DNA of 64,000 nucleotides from a virus: IMG/VR virus record IMGVR_UViG_2084038018_000013, positions 2,341 to 66,340 of that record; one strand, 5' to 3'. Shown piece by piece: positions 57,632 to 64,000 of this stretch (position 1 is its first letter; each line of letters starts with the position of its first letter). The notes under the pieces were generated by a model. It saw only the letters and a program-made list of their open reading frames with translations, ran no database searches and was not told where the DNA came from. The position numbers and the translations under genes were made by a program.

Positions 57632-57883
57632 TTACGAAGCCCTCTGAATATAACTTTCAGTCTGGTAACGACTGGGCCAGATCTCTTGCGGTGTCACCCC
57701 CAGTGCATCTGCGACGATCTGCTGATAAGGCTTGCATGGCGTGCGCAAAACGCTTTTGAGTGAATCTTTGCTGTAACCCGCCTGGAGAGACAGAGTACGG
57801 AACGACAATCCGCGTCGGTGGATCTCCGCTTTGATGATTTCAGGGTGCCAATCGACAACCCGCTCTTCTTTTCGATTCATCAT
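57632..57883 (-). CDS. ner: Ner-like repressor
   Basis: DWHPEIIKAEIHRRG...IWPSRY. Confidence 0.92.
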   Translation of the reverse strand: MMNRKEERVVDWHPEIIKAEIHRRGLSFRTLSLQAGYSKDSLKSVLRTPCKPYQQIVADALGVTPQEIWPSRYQTESYIQRAS

Positions 57884-57911
57884 TCATCTATCCTAAAAAG
57901 TTACTCGTGCG

Positions 57912-57985
57912 GATAACCGCGTGGTTATCTCTACGGATAAAGCATAAGAACATAAAAAGAACCTGTCAAACGTTCTTTTTATGTT
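57912..57985 (-). promoter_or_regulatory. Early promoter with operators
   Basis: TTGACA-17-TATGCT; 14-bp inverted repeat 57949-62/57972-85 flanking the -35; palindrome GATAACC-N4-GGTTATC 57912-29. Confidence 0.75.
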
Positions 57986-58044
57986 TTTGTGTTCATTTTA
58001 TTTTTTCAAATATATTCAATTAGATAGAAAGAAAGGAACGTTTC

Positions 58045-58641
58045 ATGAATAAAGAACCTGAACGTTCTTTTGTGAATGATGCAAAAGAACCTATCATCGA
58101 GAGAATTTTCAAGCTGGTTGAGCGTTATGGCTCCAGAGCAGAAGCGGCGGCTGCATGGGGGATAAACATCAATACGCTGCAAAATTATTACAAGCGAAGA
58201 GAGCAGGCACCTGTGCCTAGAGAAATGCTACTAAGGCAGATAGCGGAGCGCGAGGGGGTTAGCGTTCGCTGGTTGGTTAGCGGTGAAGGTGATGCCCCAA
58301 AAAAGAACGCGAAGAACATTGCATTTGAACGTGAAAACTCATTAGTGAACGATATTGATTTAAAGCTGCTAGCTCTCTTTGGGACGCTATCGTCAGATGA
58401 AAAGCAGGCTCTCTTTGAGGTTCTGGCCCGTAAAGGCATTGAAACAGCACTTTATCTTCTTGACGAAGATAATATTAAGTTGCTGAAGATGGATCGTGTG
58501 GTGAAAGAGAAGATATTAGGCATTCAGCATAGAACGCCAGAGGATATGGCTCACGATGACGCTGAGGCTAGAGAGTGTGGTGCCGATTATCCTGGCGACG
58601 CGCTCCCCCAGAGCCTAGCATCCAATAAGAAAGTAGGCTAA
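58045..58641 (+). CDS. Repressor (c-like) of the Mu-like prophage
   Basis: HTH SRAEAAAAWGININTLQNY, VSVRWLVSGEG; divergent from ner. Confidence 0.82.
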   Translation: MNKEPERSFVNDAKEPIIERIFKLVERYGSRAEAAAAWGININTLQNYYKRREQAPVPREMLLRQIAEREGVSVRWLVSGEGDAPKKNAKNIAFERENSLVNDIDLKLLALFGTLSSDEKQALFEVLARKGIETALYLLDEDNIKLLKMDRVVKEKILGIQHRTPEDMAHDDAEARECGADYPGDALPQSLASNKKVG

Positions 58642-58783
58642 GTAATCGTATACTGCGCTTTGGTTAGATGTAGATGCATAAGCTTATGCGTACATTGAGC
58701 CTGGTCAACAGCTTAGCCACTTTCTTAAACGAAATTCAAAACGATTTAAACGCAGTTCAAATTCACACAAGTAACAATCATTC

Positions 58784-58934
58784 GAGTATCAAATACCGTT
58801 CGAAAAAATCAGTTTTGAATCATTTTTTCGCGATGAGTATCAAACCCCAGATTTCGACCAATGCCGCGCCAGTAAAAGGTTGGCGGCTTGCTTGAGGCAT
58901 GCACGGTCAGTATCAAAATGATTACCCCCCCATA
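58784..58934. repeat. Transposase-binding repeats, c-side end
   Basis: GAGTATCAAATACC 58784-97, GAGTATCAAACC 58835-46, CAGTATCAAAA 58908-18. Confidence 0.75.
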
Positions 58935-59606
58935 CTTCACCGAGACAATCTTCTTAACTTTCTCCTGGAGGATTTCAGTCGCCGGTAATGACGGAACTAT
59001 GTCACTTTCCCGCATTACTGAGCTGTGCGATTCAGGCTTAATCCTGAGGGCTTTATTGGCCACTGATTCAGGAATAAGGTCGGCCAGATCGTTACGTACC
59101 ATCCACCAGCAGAACTCCGGCAACGTCAGGGTATGGTCTGCACTAAAGCCCAGCATAATATTCACCCTTTCGAGCAGCCATTTTACCAGGTTCTGCATGG
59201 CAATTCCTGCCAGTCTTTCAGTGGTTTGCTCACGCAGTTGGTTATCACATCCCCAGCAGAGGCGAATGCTTCCGGGGGCATGCCTCATTACCGTAAAGTC
59301 CTGAGAGTGCCATTCATTATGCGGCCACTGACATTCGAATTTTCGTTCTAACCAGGCATCAAGTCCGCTCAGACCTCCAGCGCGCTGTATAACCCTTTCG
59401 TTCATGAAAAGAGCCTGCATACCCTCATCATCAGTCAGCGGCTGGTGGGCTTCCGGAATAAGGCCTGATGGTAAATGCTGGATAGCTTCAGATGGCGTTT
59501 CAATCACCACTCGCCCACGACGGAAGAGCCATAGCAGCTCGTTGCCTGGGCGAAATAGCACAACTCCAGACATTGGAGCTACTTCAGGCGTTAGTATGGC
59601 TCTCAC
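58935..59606 (-). pseudogene. DUF968 gene, 5' fragment
   Basis: MRAILTPEVAP...EKVKKIVSVK, then runs into Mu-end sequence. Confidence 0.9.
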
Positions 59607-59992
59607 CCGCTTACCTCCATTGAGGGTTGATATTTAGTGATCGATATTTCTGTCCTCCCGCCAGGCACTTTCGGGCCCCACTCAACCAGCATCCGCTGCA
59701 CCTGGCTGTCATCCTCCCAGATGCCAGCGTGTGTAAGAGCATCGAACAAGGCCTTGTTGTAGTTGTCGATGTCTCGGCGGCGTTCGTCCGGTGGATACAG
59801 CATAATTTCGACGGCAGCTGGTGCAGTTGATGGTTTTGGCAGGAAGCGAAGCTGCTCTACGATAGCCACGCATGCAGCACTCTGGTATGCCCTGCCTTTG
59901 GCGCTGATTAGATGGCGACCTTTTAAAGGCCCCCTGTTAGGAGCGCGCCAGTAGGTATTTACGCTCGGTGGAAACGGTAGCACCAATTTCAT
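59603..59992 (-). CDS. rusA: RusA Holliday junction resolvase
   Basis: LPFPPSVNTYWR, PPDERRRDIDN, DDSQV. Confidence 0.93.
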   Translation of the reverse strand: MKLVLPFPPSVNTYWRAPNRGPLKGRHLISAKGRAYQSAACVAIVEQLRFLPKPSTAPAAVEIMLYPPDERRRDIDNYNKALFDALTHAGIWEDDSQVQRMLVEWGPKVPGGRTEISITKYQPSMEVSG

Positions 59993-60216
59993 GAATCAAC
60001 TCCATAGCGCCCATTCAGACGTCCAATTACGCTGTTAAACATCACCAGACTTACGCCCATAGGTTTAACCTTATCGTGGTACTCCTTCAGGATCGGAGGA
60101 ACAACAACATTCCAGCTTGGCTTTGGTTTCTGCTTCAGGGCTTTTTTAATGGCATCGTTGCATTGACGGGCAACATCTCGCACCGCGTTCTCATGCTCGG
60201 TAGATAGCTTTTTCAT
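59989..60216 (-). CDS. Hypothetical protein
   Basis: ATGA overlaps on both sides. Confidence 0.7.
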   Translation of the reverse strand: MKKLSTEHENAVRDVARQCNDAIKKALKQKPKPSWNVVVPPILKEYHDKVKPMGVSLVMFNSVIGRLNGRYGVDS

Positions 60217-60872
60217 GCAGCGCGCTCCTGTGGTTTTTTCATGGGAACGGCAACAGCCGGTATAAGCTCAACTGCCGGTGATTCAGATTGATTTCCCCAG
60301 TGGTCCCAGCCGGGTGCACCGCAACGGCTGAAGAGTTCTATGCGCGGAACGTCACCGTAAAGCTTCTCCAGACGGAGACGAGCTTCAGCTGGCTTCTGAC
60401 TGTGCTTACCTAATGGGCTGTAGATAACCTGCTTGATACTGGCGCACTGGCGTTCCAGTCCATTCCCCCTGGTGGCGTTCAGCATGTCTTCGGTATTGGC
60501 TCGGGTGTAGTTGCCGCCGTTCATGCGGGTCTGCACGTTCAACAGGTCGAGAAAATCGTAAAAGTCCTCTACTCCACGAGCCTGAAGCGCTTTGTTGATG
60601 TGCTGCTCTGCCAGCGGGTTGAACTTCACCCATGTAAAGCCCTTCATCGTGCGGACTTTAAAGCCCCAGGCTTCAGCCAGTTCGATAGCCTCGCGGGTGT
60701 GCGTGCCGGTGAACCACATAGCCAGCACAGCATCATCTACAGCCAGGTCCCAGACCGGAAGACGCTTCATGTCGATAAGCTTCATTGTGCCGTAGTGGTT
60801 AGTGGCCGCGCCGTTGCTGACGGTGTTGCCGTATTCCCAGGCTGGGTCAGCGTAAATGAGAGAGTATTTCAT
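60213..60872 (-). CDS. MT-A70 family adenine methyltransferase
   Basis: IYADPAW, AVLAMW, HSQKP, PRIELFSR. Confidence 0.85.
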   Translation of the reverse strand: MKYSLIYADPAWEYGNTVSNGAATNHYGTMKLIDMKRLPVWDLAVDDAVLAMWFTGTHTREAIELAEAWGFKVRTMKGFTWVKFNPLAEQHINKALQARGVEDFYDFLDLLNVQTRMNGGNYTRANTEDMLNATRGNGLERQCASIKQVIYSPLGKHSQKPAEARLRLEKLYGDVPRIELFSRCGAPGWDHWGNQSESPAVELIPAVAVPMKKPQERAA

Positions 60873-61366
60873 CAGACGTTCCTCGCTCTTCCAGCCAGAC
60901 ACCAGCCATCACCAGTGGTTTTAACCCTTGGCACCATACTCAGGCAGCGCTTACGCTCCTTGAGAATTTTGGCGCGCATGGATTCGTTCTTTGAGCGATT
61001 GAATGCCTCCATCAGAACGGTAGCAGCACGCAGATAAAGCCCCTTGTCAGATAACTCTTTAGCCTTGTCCATCATCGCAATGACAGCTGGGTTTGGTGCA
61101 GCTTCCTGCTTTGGCTCAGGAATTACTTCTGCTTTCTCAACCGGCATCCGTGGGGTAATAGGCCCAATAGGACCTTCCGGCGCTTTAGCGTAGTAACGAA
61201 AGTTGTGACGTTCGCCTTTACGCTCAGCACGATTAAGCATGACAAGGCGACATACAGCACGCTGAACACTGTGCAAGTCATACTCCGACAGTGCTGCAGC
61301 AATCTCTTTGTTCGTCAGTCCAGGATTTTTGGACACGAACAGCTGTATTGTTTTCAGAAAACTCAT
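60872..61366 (-). CDS. HTH/PerC-like protein
   Basis: N-terminal wHTH; KAKELSDKGLYLRAA. Confidence 0.7.
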   Translation of the reverse strand: MSFLKTIQLFVSKNPGLTNKEIAAALSEYDLHSVQRAVCRLVMLNRAERKGERHNFRYYAKAPEGPIGPITPRMPVEKAEVIPEPKQEAAPNPAVIAMMDKAKELSDKGLYLRAATVLMEAFNRSKNESMRAKILKERKRCLSMVPRVKTTGDGWCLAGRARNV

Positions 61367-62289
61367 GAGTTCGCTCCTCTGAAACCTGCAGGGACTTTGC
61401 TGTAGTCAGTGTTCTGGAAGCTGGAACGGAAAATTCCATCTTCGCGGGCCCACTCTCCGTTGACGCGACGAGGACGCCCAGCTTTGGCCCAGCTGTTCGC
61501 AGACTTGAGATAGCCCGGGAACTTGCTTGGCTGGAACAGCGTTTGTGGGCGGAGGTAGGCAGACATCGTGAGATCTTCGCTCCACTTGGCGTTGCAGTAG
61601 TCAACCACCAGCGATAATTCTTCAACGGTGTAACCTTCCCCGATTCGGGCACGAATGTTTTGCAGCGAGGTTGTTGAAACCTGATAACGCGAACTGGTCA
61701 CCCGGTTCAGATGGGTCAAAACCTGTTTAGCCTGATCGGTGATCAACACATCACCGTCTGGTTGCGGCGCAACCGGACAAGAAGGGGTTTTAATATCTGT
61801 AGTATTCTCTGTTGTATTCTCTGTAAGAACATCAGTGCAATTTGACCTGATGAGAGCGGTTCGTTTTGACCCGATGGAGCGTTTCACTTTGACCTCTTCC
61901 ATCGGTTCATTTTGACCTGATGGAACAGTGCATTTTGAACTCTTCGATTTGGTCACTTTGACCTCATCTAAAAGCTCGCTTTCGTAGTTAATCGTGTAGT
62001 AGTTCGTCATGTCGCGCTGAGACTTATTCAACTGCTCCACTTTGAGCACGCCGAGGTTTTTCAGGCGGGTGAATGTACGCTTCAGAGTGGACTCAGACCA
62101 GAACGGAAACTGCTCCAGCCACTGCTCGTTGGTGTTGTAAATCCAGCGCACGCCGTCACGCTCCAGTCCGGAGGTGGTCTCTTTCAGCCAGTAGTTTACC
62201 TGCTGCAACGCAATGGCCTCGTTAAGGCCAATGCTGTATGCAAGGTCAGGGTTTATCACTATCGGCCGGGATGGCATCAACAGGCTCAT
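61363..62289 (-). CDS. Replication initiator (O-like)
   Basis: WIYNTNEQWLEQFPFWSESTLKR, YLRPQTLFQPSKF. Confidence 0.88.
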   Translation of the reverse strand: MSLLMPSRPIVINPDLAYSIGLNEAIALQQVNYWLKETTSGLERDGVRWIYNTNEQWLEQFPFWSESTLKRTFTRLKNLGVLKVEQLNKSQRDMTNYYTINYESELLDEVKVTKSKSSKCTVPSGQNEPMEEVKVKRSIGSKRTALIRSNCTDVLTENTTENTTDIKTPSCPVAPQPDGDVLITDQAKQVLTHLNRVTSSRYQVSTTSLQNIRARIGEGYTVEELSLVVDYCNAKWSEDLTMSAYLRPQTLFQPSKFPGYLKSANSWAKAGRPRRVNGEWAREDGIFRSSFQNTDYSKVPAGFRGANS

Positions 62290-62458
62290 GGTCGTCCTTT
62301 AACTCTGTAAATTTACGCTGGAATTGTTCAAGAGGGCTGAAGCACTCATGATCGTACCCTTCGCGAAGGTATATAACGCGTCGACTCTCGGGCTCCCACC
62401 TGATGACGTGGACAGTGATGCCTCTGTGGTCTTTGAATCGCCGGTTAACTTCAGCCAT
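62246..62458 (-). CDS. Small protein (DUF4222-like)
   Basis: VHVIRWEP...YDHECFSPL..F. Confidence 0.65.
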   Translation of the reverse strand: MAEVNRRFKDHRGITVHVIRWEPESRRVIYLREGYDHECFSPLEQFQRKFTELKDDHEPVDAIPADSDKP

Positions 62459-62637
62459 TCCTCACGCCCCTTCTCGTTCATCTGAGCAAATGCCTCTACC
62501 ATCGCGTTCTCAGGCTGGTAGTTGTTCTCACCAGGATGGTCGTTTAATCTCTCCACATAGCCGAACGAGGAGTCTTTTCCCACCAGTGGAAGGCATCTGA
62601 ATTGCTCCACTGGTCTCAATCGGTTTAAACTGTTCAT
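62299..62637 (-). CDS. Hypothetical protein
   Basis: SD GGAGA; overlaps the DUF4222-like ORF, so the true 3' extent is uncertain. Confidence 0.45.
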   Translation of the reverse strand: MNSLNRLRPVEQFRCLPLVGKDSSFGYVERLNDHPGENNYQPENAMVEAFAQMNEKGREEWLKLTGDSKTTEASLSTSSGGSPRVDALYTFAKGTIMSASALLNNSSVNLQS

Positions 62638-62698
62638 GCGTTAGTTTCTCCACTGAATACGACACGCCACGACGCCCGGAGCTGCACACTCGCGGGCG

Positions 62699-63169
62699 TC
62701 ACTTCTTTTGGCTTTGCTTACGGCCAAACAACACGACAATCGCGCGGATTTCTTCTTCTCGCGCAGCCAGATGACGGCGGTGATACTCGTTAATTTCTTC
62801 AGCTTCATGCGACTCAATTACTCCATCTTCCAAGGCTTTCTGGATCATTGTGTCTACACGTCCGCGCGCTGAGGCTGTTCTCATGGCGCGCGTAAACAAA
62901 TCAACACGGTCTAGGTCTTCCAGTTGCGGTACGTCCACCAGCAAAGCACCGCGGCGCTGCGCAAAGTAATCAGCCAGGAGAGACGTGTTTGAGATGTCTT
63001 CCATCGCTTCCAGCTCGTTCACTTCAAAGAAGCGACAGCCGTTCTTCTCGTACAGGTTGTTATTGAACTGAGATACGGACATGCCAAGAGCACCGGCCAT
63101 AGCCTCACGGCCACCGGGATACGCTTTGCACATCGCTTTCACTACTTCTTTTAGACTTGGCTCTACCAT
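62699..63169 (-). CDS. YmfL-like/CII-position regulator
   Basis: YPGGREAMAGALGMS..QFNNNLYEKNG. Confidence 0.8.
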   Translation of the reverse strand: MVEPSLKEVVKAMCKAYPGGREAMAGALGMSVSQFNNNLYEKNGCRFFEVNELEAMEDISNTSLLADYFAQRRGALLVDVPQLEDLDRVDLFTRAMRTASARGRVDTMIQKALEDGVIESHEAEEINEYHRRHLAAREEEIRAIVVLFGRKQSQKK

Positions 63170-63210
63170 GTTGTGTTTCCTTTGGTAGATACTTAAGGAT
63201 GTTCTCTGGG

Positions 63211-63429
63211 TTACGGTGTTACTGCAGCTCCAGGTTCAGCCAGTTTGTTTTTGTTAGGGAATGGTCTTACTTCCTCGGCTTCAATTTTCCCGTCTTCCTT
63301 AACTAGGATGTTTACCCGGCGATTACGCTTAAGGGCTTTGCTGATAGCGCTTTGGTATACCCCAAGAGTCTCAGCTGTTTTTGCCTGACCATTTTCCAAA
63401 ACATATTCAGATAGCGGAACAATCTTCAT
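63211..63429 (-). CDS. cro: Cro repressor, lambda type
   Basis: GQAKTAETLGVYQSAISKA, AEEVRPFP. Confidence 0.92.
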   Translation of the reverse strand: MKIVPLSEYVLENGQAKTAETLGVYQSAISKALKRNRRVNILVKEDGKIEAEEVRPFPNKNKLAEPGAAVTP

Positions 63430-63457
63430 TGGTTTTCCTCGTGGTTTTCACACAATA

Positions 63458-63533
63458 ATTATCACTAATGGTGATAATAATGTCAACACTAGCGGTGATT
63501 GGTGATTATACCTTGCGGTGATAAATTATAAGA
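63458..63533. promoter_or_regulatory. Lambda-like OR1/OR2/OR3 with PR and PRM
   Basis: 17-bp sites 63460-76, 63484-500, 63507-23; PR TTGACA-17-GATAAT on minus strand; TAAATT-6-ATG on plus strand. Confidence 0.85.
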
Positions 63534-64000
63534 ATGAAAAAGAAACCATTGACCGCCGAACAACTAGCTGATGCCAGCAGGCTGAAAGCAATTTTTGAGT
63601 CCAAGAAAAAAACTCTCGGGCTCTCTCAGGAGACTTTGGCTGAACAAATGGGGATGGGTCAGAGTGGTGTAGCGCAATTACTCAATGGAACGAACGCTAT
63701 TAATGCAACTCATGCAGCACAGTTTGCCAAGATTCTCGGGGTGAAAGTCGATGATTTCAGCCCCTCCCTTGCTGCTGAGATATCAGCAATGTTCGAAGCC
63801 ATTGCAAACGGAAGAAGTCTATCTTCAGTATATGAATACCCTCTTTTAACTGAGGTTCAAGCCGGATCATTCTGTCCTGTAAATGCTTATACTGAAGGTG
63901 ATGCTAAAGAATGGGTTTCAACTACCGCAAAAGCCAGTGATTCAGCCTTCTGGCTTGAGGTTTCAGGCCATTCAATGACAGCTCCGCCTGGCGTAAAGCC
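63534..64000 (+). CDS. cI: CI repressor, lambda type, 3' end outside window
   Basis: Hand translation [21 protein letters not shown]...[13 protein letters not shown]...VQAG (cleavage site)...[10 protein letters not shown] (S24 serine). Confidence 0.93.
   Translation, partial: MKKKPLTAEQLADASRLKAIFESKKKTLGLSQETLAEQMGMGQSGVAQLLNGTNAINATHAAQFAKILGVKVDDFSPSLAAEISAMFEAIANGRSLSSVYEYPLLTEVQAGSFCPVNAYTEGDAKEWVSTTAKASDSAFWLEVSGHSMTAPPGVK

Larger units (their letters stand above)
23746..58934 (-). mobile_element. Mu-like transposable prophage, 35,189 bp
   Basis: Mu gene order; begins TGTAG at 23746; CTTC direct repeat at 23742-23745 and 58935-58938; rejoining the flanks restores the DUF968 frame. Confidence 0.95.

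Noticed and set aside
58809-59606. 265-aa ORF as an intact gene
   Set aside because: It is the DUF968 5' fragment fused to about 41 codons of Mu-end sequence

Overview
The whole window is enterobacterial prophage DNA made of two nested temperate phages. (1) An outer lambdoid prophage runs off both edges, mostly on the minus strand. It has lambda-like cI/OR/cro, a replication/RusA/MT-A70 region, a DUF1133 Q-like antiterminator, a two-holin/GH19 endolysin/spanin cassette, a lambda-type terminase and portal, a ClpP-capsid fusion and a P2-type contractile tail. (2) A 35,189-bp Mu-like transposable prophage (23746-58934) is inserted into and splits the outer phage's DUF968 gene just upstream of Q. 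It carries c/ner/A/B, a single Mor/C-type activator, lysis, head and tail genes. An acyltransferase-3 moron and a Dam-family methylase sit where Mu has gin and mom. The most unusual signals are: three dispersed ~110-nt structured elements with conserved hairpins and covarying stems in the outer phage's late region, two of them with their own sigma70-like promoters; a 24-aa micro-lipoprotein (7-residue mature peptide) coupled to a larger lipoprotein; a damaged Mu end (TA instead of CA, 4-bp direct repeat); three identically spaced activator-type late promoters, one of which starts inside a terminator/RBS hairpin; and a mom-like GATC triplet. All family names come from sequence recognition, not database searches.
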